Shown in pieces: positions 1-10,780 of a stretch of 63,979 bases of DNA (its first letter is position 1; each line of letters begins with the position of its first letter). The notes beneath the pieces were generated by a model. It had not been told where the DNA came from and did no database searches. It saw only the letters and a list, made by a program, of their open reading frames with translations. A program made the translations under genes and the position numbers. The stretch comes from Chara braunii (taxonomy: Eukaryota; Plantae; Charophyceae): NCBI GenBank assembly GCA_003427395.1, contig BFEA01000015.1:1919225-1983203 (forward strand), given 5' to 3'.

Positions 1-92
<92 letters not shown>
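1..92. repeat. (TC)n/(TG)n microsatellite
   Basis: Directly visible dinucleotide runs. Confidence 0.98.
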
Positions 93-93
<1 letters not shown>

Positions 94-1172
94 TCCCTTG
101 CACATGATGAATGATGCATGATGGTCAAAGCGTGAGTGATCCCTTGCCCTTTCTCGTCTTTGATGCCCACCACTAGCCGGACGAACCTAGGGGAGCACTG
201 AAACAAGTCAAGGAAAGGGCATTTTTCTGTGCGCATTGACAAAGTTGTTGCTTTGATTACAGAAACGAATTCATATTTTGATGTGATTTGATTATTTCGA
301 TGCATGACTAACGGTAGTCTCTCACCCTCTCGAATGACTAATAGGAAATAGCTTGCCTCGTACTGGGTCGAATGTCGGACTGCATGGGTTCACGCCCCTG
401 ATTAACGTATGTCATGTGGATTGATCAGGCCGATCCCACTAGGCACTGACCTACCGTACGTAGGCCACGACCGTTCCCATACAACAAGGAACGGAAACGT
501 GTATGTAAGTGGGACGTATGAGAAGTCGTCGCGAAGATCGGAGGGCAATATTACTTTCCTCTTGAGACCAAGTGTTCAGGATTTGTAGGCGCTGGTTGTG
601 TCATAATCGACACTCATCTTTGAATTCGCCCTATTCTATGTTGTTGCCTTTTAACGAGTTAATTGTCATCTCGTGGACGACATTGGCACCCCATTGGCCC
701 AACGCCCTCTGCAGCGATTGGCGCCACACTGAGCGTTGTCGGGAAAGGGGGTTCCATTATCGGGCATGTGGCGAGGACGAGCATAAGGAACTATAATTAA
801 AGTTGCGGCCTTCCACGCCGGATTCTGAACTCTTTAACGAGCGGCGCCGATACTTAATTTGAAAATAAGAGCCCACGTGCATACCTCCGCCTTTCCGCTC
901 GAAAAGGCAACAAGTAGCCCGCATGGAAGTCAAGAGATACTTTTTATATTAAAAGAATGTTTGAAAACTGCTCACGCTATTCCTTTCCCACAAAGCGAAG
1001 GTCATTTCTCACTAAACTGGAACCACACAAGGGATGTCGGTTTTGTCTGTGTCCCCACACTAAATTTCCCAAAAACCCTTGGCACACCCCACTTTGTTGT
1101 CCTTCCATGGCCTTTCCCACATTTTTATCACTCCGACAGGAAGACAGTGCAGGGCGTGAGGTGCCGGTCACT
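93..1172 (+). mobile_element. Partial (3' half) LTR of family X, highly diverged copy
   Basis: Peptide PYSMLLPFNELIVISWTTLAPHWPNALCSDW (~630-720) matches the LTR-X ORF. The terminal motif tttcccaaaaacccttggcacacc...cactccgacaggaag...gggcgtgaggtg..gtcac (1064-1171) matches the ends of the copies at 7320-7430(-) and 29520-29616(+). Confidence 0.6.
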
Positions 1173-1289
1173 TTCACGGGTCCAGCACTGGCGAAGAGAT
1201 CATTCTGTGGAAGGAACCGGAGTCAGCGAACGGACCCAAGTACGGACAAGTGGCAGTCCTTCCACGTGGCAAGAAGCAAGCGATTGGCA

Positions 1290-2990
1290 ATGGGTGACAT
1301 AGGTAATCCTACAACTCCTCTCTCTCCCCTCTCATCTTCATCTTTTCTCTCCCTACCCGACAAATTTTGTTATTTCTGTGAAGCGATCTCGCGCGTCTAC
1401 TTGATCTCAATGCGTCCTAGCGGGGAATGGTATGCAGAATGGATAGATTGTCGAGAGTGTGTCGCACGAGCCCATGGCTCGTGCATCCAGTACCGAAATG
1501 GAGATAAGCCTTGGTTATGTCCCCTCTGTCGGACTGATAAGATCTCGACTGAAGCTCGATTTCTTGACGCCACGTCAGAAAGGTTGGAAAAGACCCGAAA
1601 GTTTAGAAGGGCCGAGGTATGGACGAACATCGCTCTAATTGCCATCTTGGTAGGAAACCCCCTCTAGGACTTCACTAAGGAAGACAGGAGGAGGTCCAAT
1701 GAAAGAGCTCGGGACTATCGCTGGAACGAGGGCCAGTTAGAAAAACGAAAGACGGATGGTAGCGGGATTTGGATGGTAGTGTCGCACCCGTTCATGAGGT
1801 ATGACTGGGTTAAGACGGCGCATGAGGAAACGACAACCCATTTTGCCGTACAGATCACGAAAGCCGCAATCAACAAGAACGAGTGGTACTGGTCCAATAT
1901 TCGGGATGATGTGAAATTCATCGCCGCGAATTGCCAGGTCTGCGCTGCTGATAAGGCGCCGATCCAGCCGCCAAGATCGATAGTACCGATGATAGTTGAA
2001 CGGCCTTTTCAGAGAGTTAGCATGGATACTACCGATATTGTAGTGCCCCCTGGACTGAATAGTTGCGAGTATTCAATCCTACTAGTATTCGTGGACCACT
2101 TTTCAAAATGGATCGAGGCGTATCCGTGTCATACGCAACAGGCGGCCGAAATTGCTCGATATGTCAACCGGTTTTTAGCAATGCACCAGGACACAGAGGA
2201 AATCCTGACCGACAATGGGGTAGAATTCAGAGGGGAAGTCTTAAGGAATCTGGTTACATGGCATCGCTATTCGGAACACTGCACCCCACATGTCACAATC
2301 TAACGGCCTGGTAGAAAACGCAAATTGAGTGATAAAGACAGCACTACGACGAAACATCGCGGCATGGGATCCGAGACCCTGGCCCGATATCGTAGATCAC
2401 ATCCTAGTGGTCCATCGGGGAACGCCTCACGAATCGACGGGCCTTAGCCCCTTCCAATTACGAACCAATAGCGTAGCTTGTGCCTCGATACCGAGCCTCC
2501 ATTGAATCGGAGGCCCACAAGAGTCACAGTTCGGGACAAGGCCAAACGACACATGGAGCTGATGGAACGGTCCCTTCCCTGATTAGCCCGAAAACGCCAG
2601 AAAATGACTGAGTTGGCCCATGACCGACAAGTCCGTAGTTACGAGGCCCGAAATGGGAATGCCAGACCACAACCCCAGTATAAATTAGGGGACCTAGTGC
2701 AGGTGAGGAAATGTGCTCGCCAACGGAAGATAGCGCAACGATTCTACGAGCGATTTCGTGTGATCGAACTCGGCCCGAACGGAGTGAACACCGTGCGCCT
2801 TGTGCCGGAGGTCTCGGGAGGCCGAGCTGCTCGACCAATCTTGTGCCACGTGTCCTATCTACTTCCTCTACCTTCCTCTCCATCTCCAGCTGTGTCTACT
2901 TCCTCCTTCGCTACGGAAGAGGAAGACGACTCCTTATCGCTCTCATCCCCTCCTGCTTCTCTTACTCCGTCCTCGTCGCCATCGCCATGA
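1290..2990 (+). pseudogene. PHD-finger + Gypsy-type integrase/transposase (Ginger-like), disrupted
   Basis: One frame from ATG 1290 gives a C4HC3 PHD (CYFC...CREC...H..C...CPLC), an in-frame TAG at 1665, an HHCC zinc domain (AHEETTTHF...CQVC), and rve core D (SMDTT), FVDHFSKW, D (TDNG). After a frameshift near 2290 come E (QSNGLVE) and HESTGLSPF, then a GPY/F-type C-terminal region (YKLGDLVQVR...HVSYL). No RT or RNase H upstream. Confidence 0.8.
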
Positions 2991-3367
2991 GTTTTCTCAC
3001 GGAAACTCGGATTTCGTTAAAATTGACATTTTTTACTACTTTCACGAAATTGGGCATCCAAGAAAAAACTGAGTTTTTCAGTGTGTTTTTGTGCCCATGA
3101 CATCGGACCATTGATGGTCCGGCGTCCTGGGGACTCAGGACCATCTGATGTATCTCAACGTAAAGTACCGTCAAAATACATCCGAGGGTTAAAAAAAAAG
3201 AAAAAAAATTGAGGCATATCAGATGGTCCGACGCCGGATCATCAATGGTCTGATGTGGTTGGCGCAAGAAAATGCTAAAAAATACTATGTTTTTTTGGAA
3301 GATCAATTTCGTGAAAATAGTAAAAAATGTCAATTTTAACGAAATGCCTGTTCTGAGCGGGCTCTCG
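2991..3367. mobile_element. MITE-like foldback element with ~150-bp imperfect inverted arms
   Basis: atttcgttaaaattgacattttttactactttcacgaaattg (3011-3052) is the near-exact reverse complement of 3304-3345. Inner arms ggaccatctgat/atcagatggtcc also pair. Confidence 0.75.
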
Positions 3368-5626
3368 GTGATCACATGCTGGCGCCACGTGGCGACATCT
3401 CGACAATTCGACAAGTTCATCATCCGCAATTCTGTCTGGACCTCCTACGGCTCGAGCAGTTCTTCAACACTACCGGGGTATACGCAGCGGCAGAATTCCG
3501 ATTCAGGCCATCATCAAGCGATCGTACTAGCAGAGGCGACGGCGGTTCGACGACTGTCAGCACCAGGAGTTAGCCACATATCCACCGTCGTCATCTTCAA
3601 CGGTGACATTAGCACGATCAGTCCTCTGCAACACACGCCCATCCGGACGTCGCTAAGGAAGTGGGGTCAGCAGCTGGCAGCAGAATGGAATCAGTGGCTT
3701 ACGCGCCGCAGCGATAATCTTGTCCCCGTGGACGACATCGAAGTCGGAGGACTCCAGACGTCTCGACACGAACCTGCGGTGATGCTTCCTGAGCTCGTCC
3801 CTTTCCAGTGTCTCCAATGAACTGATCCCGACTCTCTACCTTCGCTCTGCCCTCTTTCTTCCCTACCTTCTGACAATCTGACCTTTGTCCCCCTCTCTCT
3901 TTTTGTTTAGAACCACTTATTGTCCCCCTCCTCGACTGAAGACAGTGGGAACTGTGGTGTGAACACTTCGTCGATCTTTCGGTGTGTTGGGTCGGAGTGC
4001 AGCTGACGTGGACATTGAGCCGGGGTGAGAGGAGGAGGAAGAGGAGGAGAGGGGGAAGGTTTCCCTTCCTCCTTGACCACAACCTCTACCTGCCCCTCAC
4101 CCGATTTAGCAGTATTAGTCATTTTCCCTCTCAGAAACAATTAACAACAGGGTTAGACAGCAAGAGGTGCAGCGATTTGCAATCCAGTCAGACACTCAAT
4201 AATCGTTGCACTATCAATTCAGAGGGTAAGGTGGGTTAGTAGGCACAAGCGGTTAGGGTTAGAATACAATCACTGGGGTCAGTAATCAGACAGACTGAAA
4301 GTCCAATAAAATCATTCACTAATGATTTCCTATACATGACACTGAACCTTCACTGAAGTTGAAACATACACGTCCAATGCATCCAGGGATCACTAACATT
4401 CCAAAGCCCGTCAGAAAACAAAGATAATCAGTGGTAGAGACAGATGCAGGAGACTAGACCCTGACAGCCCTAAACTCAAATTTCTCCACTATTGACATCA
4501 ACAAAAATACTCACTGACACAACGATTTTCAGTATTTCACTGTAATTACTCAAATTCACTGATTCTGGGCTAGCGCTTTAGCACAGATGACAAACACTGG
4601 ATTGCGATTCACCCCAGACTGCCAGACTTGAATTCTGGCTGACAGAATCTGAGTTTTGACTGACCCTAGGTAGCACAGGCTAAAAATAGACTTGGCGCAA
4701 AACTAAGATTCACTGTATCACTACTTTTTCTGTACAGAAGTCACAGAATGATCATACAGGGTGCAGCGCAATACTGTCATACAGTCCCAAAACAATTTTG
4801 AGTCAGAAAGAGTCAACAGATGGTGAGATATGGGTCAGGGTAGGGAGGAAGAAGACGGATATGGTTGTCTTGCAGTCTGACAATTTCCAAATTGAGACCC
4901 TACTGACAAACAGACCATCAATTCAATTTCTACTGACCCTAAACTAATCGCTACTCAGGGATTTACACGGAACACACTCACTTGCAGTGTTGGCCTCAGT
5001 GGATGAGGAAGTTCTGGCTATGGCTGACAGAACCCTGGTCTCGCCACTTGTTTGCAGATACTCCTCCACTGATCTCCACGCGTAGGATCCCCTGAAACTC
5101 GTTGATCTTGCTCAGTATACTATGGCGCTTCAACCCCCACTCTCAGATTCACTGAATCTGGCTCAGTGGCAATGGAGAACTCTTCTGATGATATCTCGCC
5201 ACTGCAGAGGCAAGCCGCTAGTGCTAAATTTAGCCCTCATTAGGGCTAATTCAGCAGGAGACTGATCCTGCGATCAATTCTCCCTCAGCGCTATACTGGG
5301 TTTGATGCCGCCACCCAGTTATCACTGAATTAGGGTGTAATTCGCCACCCGGAACCCAGTCATGAACTGAGCTCAGAAGAGTGGATAGCGAAATACCCCT
5401 GTTCTCGCCCTAATCCTGTCAGACGCTCAGACAGGCTCCGGGCCCCTGATCAATCACACACTGAGTCTTTGAATTCACCGCTTGTATACTTGCTCCCCTC
5501 TCTGTATCTTCACTGAAGATGAAGCTTCAACATGGAGCTTCTCGCCAGATAGAGCCAGAAGGAGCATGTGCCTCTGTTGCGCTCAACCCTCAGTGCTCCA
5601 AGTCCAATCTCCGCTCCGATACCAAC
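3368..5626 (-). mobile_element. 5' internal (leader) region of Gypsy element A
   Basis: Follows the LTR and PBS on the minus strand and has no long ORF. The lower boundary is uncertain. Confidence 0.55.
5613..5624 (-). promoter_or_regulatory. Primer-binding site (tRNA-iMet type), TGGTATCGGAGC
   Basis: Reverse complement of gctccgatacca, 2 nt after the LTR end. Near-canonical plant iMet PBS (TGGTATCAGAGC). Confidence 0.9.
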
Positions 5627-6743
5627 AGTTATGAACTTGGTTGTCTGACAATTTTCTCGCCACTCACACACAAAGTATCTCACACATGCCCATACATGCA
5701 TAAGACAAAGGGGAGAAGAGACAGAGCCCAAACTGTACACAGACCAGAGATAAGCAGCGTAATAGCAACCATGCACAGATGGGGAGAATACACACTGTGT
5801 TTCTATCTCTCTGACAAACTCCCAACAACCAATCACAAGATGACACTGCGAAGATCACAATTGGAATATAACACTGATGATGAGCCAACTCAACTCAATT
5901 AACCCCCAATTATCGTTCCAGAGTTCAGCCCAATGTCTCGCCACCTCAGTACTCAACATTCCACACACAACCCTACTCTCAGAGTCCAGCGCTACACTGA
6001 AACATCCTCCCAGAGGCTCGCGCCATCCACCAAGATGAAGATCATGAATCGCAGTGCAGTCCTTGGTGCCGATGAGTCACTCTGACGATGAAGAAGGCAG
6101 CTATGGCTGCCTGGCTGCTACTGTAGCAGCAGCGCCCACATGTACCCCACGAAGAGCCTCCGTATAGCCCTACCTAACGCAGATACCCTAGAGGGTAGAT
6201 GCGCTGAGACTGGCCCCAGCTATGGCCGTCTCTCCAAGGCTGGCTATGGCTGCCTCACATAGCTGAAGTCTCAGGTGCCGCTGTAGACTTTCAGCGCTGC
6301 AAAACTTGGTTGGCCACGAACGCTATCACGCGAAAAATGAAAAGCCAAAAGCCCTAAACCGATTTCCCGAACTATTTATAGACTCACTAACCTACCCTAG
6401 ACCTAGACCGGACTGACTGACCGACCGGTACCGTTGCTGTTTCGGCCTTTCGGCCTCTACCGGACCCGACTATAGGCTATAGGACCGTCTAGCAGTATAG
6501 GCCACTTAGGGCCTGTCTGTCCTAGGGGTAGCCCGGACCTGCTATCGACAGTTAGGGTAGTTGTAGGAATTCGGTTAGTACCGGGCCTGTATTTTCCCGG
6601 ATTTGTAGATTTGTCCCTCATGAATTTCCTTACAAGCAGGTTTCTCGGTTAGCCCTCAGCCAAACAAAATTACGAATCTAACCTATGGGTTAGTGTACAG
6701 CCTCGCAGTCAAGCTCGGCAGCAGAAATCAGCAAGTCATTGCA
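5627..6743 (-). mobile_element. 5' LTR of Gypsy element A (inverted)
   Basis: Highly similar reverse-complement copy of 15796-16888, with scattered substitutions and a ~24-bp indel near 6478-6502. Starts TGCAATGAC on the minus strand and is followed by the PBS. Confidence 0.92.
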
Positions 6744-7319
6744 CACATCTGAATTTCCGCCAACGAGAGGGGGTGAGGAGGGAAGGGGTCAGGGAAATCA
6801 AATGGGGGTCTCATTGCGAAGGAGGGTTCAACGGTAGTCCAGTCTTTGAATACTAAACGGTAGTCCATGGGTGGGCCCTGTTTTACCGAGTCTACCTTGT
6901 CACCCCCCCACTCTACCTGAGCTATCCATCCCTCCCACTGATCCCCTAGCCTATCTATGCAGAATGTTGTAATTGCCTGTTTGATATCCTGCTCAGTCTG
7001 AAGGATGTCAAGCTGTGATTTAAGAGCTTGCCATTTACGCATCAGTTCCAGCTGGACGAGCTCCTTCACTTGCCCAGTTAACTCTAACCCCTCTATCTTC
7101 ACCCCTTCCATCACTAGGAGGCAGTGCTGCCACCAAAGGGCCCAAAGAACTGACCTTCTTCCTAGACTGTACAGGTTACTTGTGAAATTGGGAGAGGCCG
7201 CCATTGATGGGCAATGTCCTGTTAATATGGTATGCCAAGACCAAGGCCAGTGCGTGTTTGGTACTATCTTGTGCCATATGAGGTCCCACCATCGCCATGT
7301 AAATAGTGCCACCGGGCAT
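6744..7319 (-). pseudogene. L1-clade LINE ORF2 C-terminal fragment
   Basis: WRWWDLIW...WPWSW...NFTSNLYSLGRRSVLWALW...DRLG...YRLVFKDW...FPDPFP aligns with the ORF2 end at 43020-43630 (RWWDRIW...WPWGW...NFTHNLFTLGRRAIIWAIW...DWLG...YKLIFNNW...FPNPFP). Confidence 0.85.
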
Positions 7320-9715
7320 TGACGCCCAACCTCACGCCCAACGCGACTTCCTGATCGGAGTGGGATGTGGGCCTGGAAGTGCGAAAAGGAGTGTGCCAAA
7401 ATTTTTTGGGAAAGTGGGGGTGGAGTCTCAGGTCGGAACTGAGATCTCCTATGGCAAAGTTTCAGGGGCGTAGATGCAATAGGGCTAAGGGGGCGAGTTA
7501 CTTCCAGTCTGATGGAGGTCGAGGTCGTGCAACATAAAGCAGATGGCATGCGTGGTGCATTCAAGGTCATCTGACCCGTCGGTTTTGGTGGCGGTGGTTC
7601 GGGTAAAGGCCCGCCCGGGATGGTTGTGATTCCGATGAGTCGGACCTTCGGGTGCAGACACATGACGTCTGTCGTTCCGCGTTCTGGTTAGGCCCCGTAG
7701 CTTCAGAGGCTCGTCGGTTGCCGCGTCGCCAACAATTTCCGCAAGGTGTGCGGGGCCAATACGGGGCGATGGAATTCAACGGGACCATTGTGAGTTGGTG
7801 ATATGGGAGGAGGAGACGGAAGGGAGGGAAATTGGTAATGATAACAACGAAGCCGAGGGATATGAAGTATTGTGTGTTATCTGCAATTGGGTAATCGGGG
7901 CACCTCGGATCGCTGGTTACAGCACAGTGAAACTCCTTGGGGCACAATCGATTCTCGGTTAAGCAGGGGAATTCCAGATATCTTTGCCTAATACATTCTC
8001 TCAGCCAAGGGTCGTAAGTACTCTGAGTCCCAGGAGCTCGGCATCTTATCATTGTGATGTGATGGAACTCTTCCGCACGCGTCTAACCGGCAAGGGGATT
8101 ATTCCGATGTGATATCAGAAATTCCTATCCGTTTAGGTGCGTGGGGGAAGGAAAATTCCCGCCTACCCGTTACCGGAGATGCCAAGCTCGTCAATGGTCG
8201 CGAATCGGCGTGCGTGGATGCGTGTAGGCTGCGCAGATCGAATCGCGCTTACACGTATCCCCGCAGGGCATTCGCCTGTTGCAAAACCACCATGCGCCGT
8301 AAACAACTACCCAATCATCTAATCACTCTGTGATCTCGCAAGCAATCATTCCCGAGCATGCAAGGTGTTATCACACATCAGACGTCAGCATTTCTACTAT
8401 GCCTTAATGGCGTATCCAAATGGCAAGCAAAGACGATGACCAGTCAGGAAAAACAACAACTATATCATCCATCCATCCATTCATTTGACAAAACACACAA
8501 TAAACAAGATCAAGATCAATCGCAAAACAAGTGGGGGCTGAAGCCAAGCCAAGATTCCAAAAACAAAAGAAAATGGGCGAGTCACCCGGAGCCGAGATCA
8601 AAATTTATATACAAAAGTAAGGAGGGCGATAACGCCGATAAGACAAAGAACATTGCAAATCCACGTCCATCAACCTCCGCTCTCTCTTCCTCTCTCTCTC
8701 TCCGATGCGGACAGTCCGTCGTCACGCACCAACCCACAAAGTCGTCACCCCGCTTAGTCCTCTTGCACCCGTCAGGTTCGCCCGCGTACTACAGTCCGTC
8801 GTAGCCCCACGCGTCAACCCTGCGCATTCGGCACCAGCTCGTCGGGTCGCCCGACTCCCACTTCAACTCACCTCTTACTTCACTCGTGAGCCGACCCTCA
8901 CTAATCGCGCTACCCCGAGCTTCCAACAACTGGTTAAGAGAGCTATCTAATCGCGCAACCGGAATTTATAGCATGCATGCATGGACTTAGAAGCAAGATT
9001 AGGAGACGAAGCGCCTACGTTTTGCATGGCCAGACTGCGGCGTGGGGGATGTAGCCACTCTCCACGCATCGATCTGAGCATGCAGGCCGTGGGGCTAACT
9101 AGGCACAGCAAAAGGGAAAGAGAGAGCGGAAAAGACGAATCTCAAGAAGAAAGATACAGTTACAATGGCGCCCGCCCAAAAATTACAGTTACTTGCAAGA
9201 TTAAGGGCGCCGATTAATCAGAGCTCCATTGCAGCCGCAAAAAGAAGCGCTCAAGAAAGACAACGTGCGGCAAAAGAAATCACGAATTCCTAAATTCCTA
9301 AATTTCTAGCTAATGCAAAAAGAAGCACAAATTCCAAAAATAAAATCCGTAAGTTCCGAGAGTCGTCAGGGCCTCGACAAGAATCGAAAAAGAAATTCAA
9401 AAAGAACGAAGCAAAATTCCCGCGCGACCTTCGCGCCCAAAACCCGACAATAGAACAAGAAAGAAGCGACGTCAAACATTATTATTCTCGCCTTTGTCGG
9501 CGCGACAACCACTCAATCAGCCATTTCGGGACTTGCCCGGCCCTGAACCCAGTCATCCGAAAAGAAGCGACGAAAGAGAAAAGACGAAAACACGAGGTCA
9601 TCGATGCAATTTCCCTTTGATCCCGATCGCTCGTAATTGGCCCAACCTTCCCATCTTAGGACCCCTCATTGTTATCGCACAGAAGATCGCGCGGAACAGA
9701 AATTGGTTCGTCACA
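7320..9715 (-). mobile_element. LTR of family X (~2.4 kb), probably solo
   Basis: Starts TGTGACGAAC at 9715 and ends ...GAGGTTGGGCGTCA at 7320. Colinear blocks shared with 27164-29616 include gatcgatgcgtggagag, ctataaa, gggcga(c/t)ccgacgag, gactaagcggg and gatctcagttccgacctg. Confidence 0.8.
7567..8052 (-). CDS. LTR-encoded Cys/Pro-rich hypothetical protein (family X)
   Basis: 161-aa ORF whose central ~85 aa is conserved at the peptide level with 28956-29207(+) and ~500-730(+). Nucleotide differences fall mostly at third codon positions. Confidence 0.55.
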   Translation of the reverse strand: MIRCRAPGTQSTYDPWLRECIRQRYLEFPCLTENRLCPKEFHCAVTSDPRCPDYPIADNTQYFISLGFVVIITNFPPFRLLLPYHQLTMVPLNSIAPYWPRTPCGNCWRRGNRRASEATGPNQNAERQTSCVCTRRSDSSESQPSRAGLYPNHRHQNRRVR

Positions 9716-9717
9716 TA

Positions 9718-10780
9718 TGTGACGCCCAGGGGGTTCCAATCTTAAGCAAGCTTCTGCTTGCTTGAATCATGACTCGTGTCGATCTCTCTAATCAATCGAC
9801 ACGCGGAGCTTTCTACGTTGCCGCCAACCGTGCAAACGAGTGTGGAAGTCATTCAGGGTGGCACACGTGGCTCTATCCTATAATTTTCCTCAGGATGGGC
9901 TCTCTTCAGTCCGAGGAGGGGATCGTGCGTGCCGTCGTCGTGGCACGTGCCAATCAACCATGCATCAATGTCCTAAGGGAAGGGGAAAGGGAAGACGGTA
10001 CATGGGGGCATGGCGAGGGGGTGGGGTAGTCGGGAGTGAGGGTTGAAAGCGTTCCAACCCCGCGACCGTCTCCGGAAGCTCCTGATATCGGATGATCCGG
10101 TGGAAGCGAGGGAATCGATTACCACTATGAGGAAGGGAGGCGAGATAGTCGGGGTAAAGGGTGGTGAAAGTTCGGAGAAGCGCCGCGCGGAAGTGATCGT
10201 GGTTTTCGCACGCGGGGATGGTCCTCGTGATCATGCAATAAACCTCGATGATGTTGTGGCCTCGCCACGCGGCACTCAAGAGAAGGACGTCGTCGCTCTG
10301 CTCTCCCTCGTTGTGCTCGTTGTAACTTCCCTCTTCCGGGGTTTCCTCTTCTTCTTTCTCGTCGCCTGCCTCTTCGTCCCGTTCCTCCTCCTCTAGTGTT
10401 AATGCTTCGTCTTCGGAGGCTGTTTTCGTCTTCGGAGGCTGTTCAAGGCTGAAAGAAAGCGAGGTCGATTATCCCACGGGGATCCAGGTATGGTTGTTGT
10501 GATGGCGGGTTGTTGTTGCCTGCTAACTCCTCGAGGCAAGCCGACCACTGCAGGTAGGGTGTCAAGGCTCGTGAAAAAACGTGCGGGACCGGGCTCTCGT
10601 CGCACTACGAAATGATATCGAGAGGGAGATCGTCAACCAGCTGCGCGAGGGGAATCGTGAGTTCCTGTACGATCTGTTGTCGATAACCGGGGCGCACCGA
10701 TCCGAACAGGAATCCGAGAAGGTCTCCTTCCACCTCCGTTCTCCACGCTTGGATGATCAACAACTCCACGTATGCGAGTT
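9718..10780 (-). mobile_element. 3' remnant of another LTR retrotransposon (Y): accessory ORF fragment and LTR end
   Basis: Minus-strand peptide AYVELLIIQAWRTEVEGDLLGFLFGSVRPG...DDLPLDIIS*CDESPVPH...LTPYLQWSACLE...EEETPEEGSY resembles a repeat-borne peptide family I recall from Chara annotations. The segment ends ...GGGCGTCACA at 9718. Confidence 0.5.

Noticed and set aside
5519-5902. ORFs duplicated at 5510-5902 and 16622-16996
   Set aside because: They are duplicated only because they lie in the two LTRs of element A, with no independent coding evidence.
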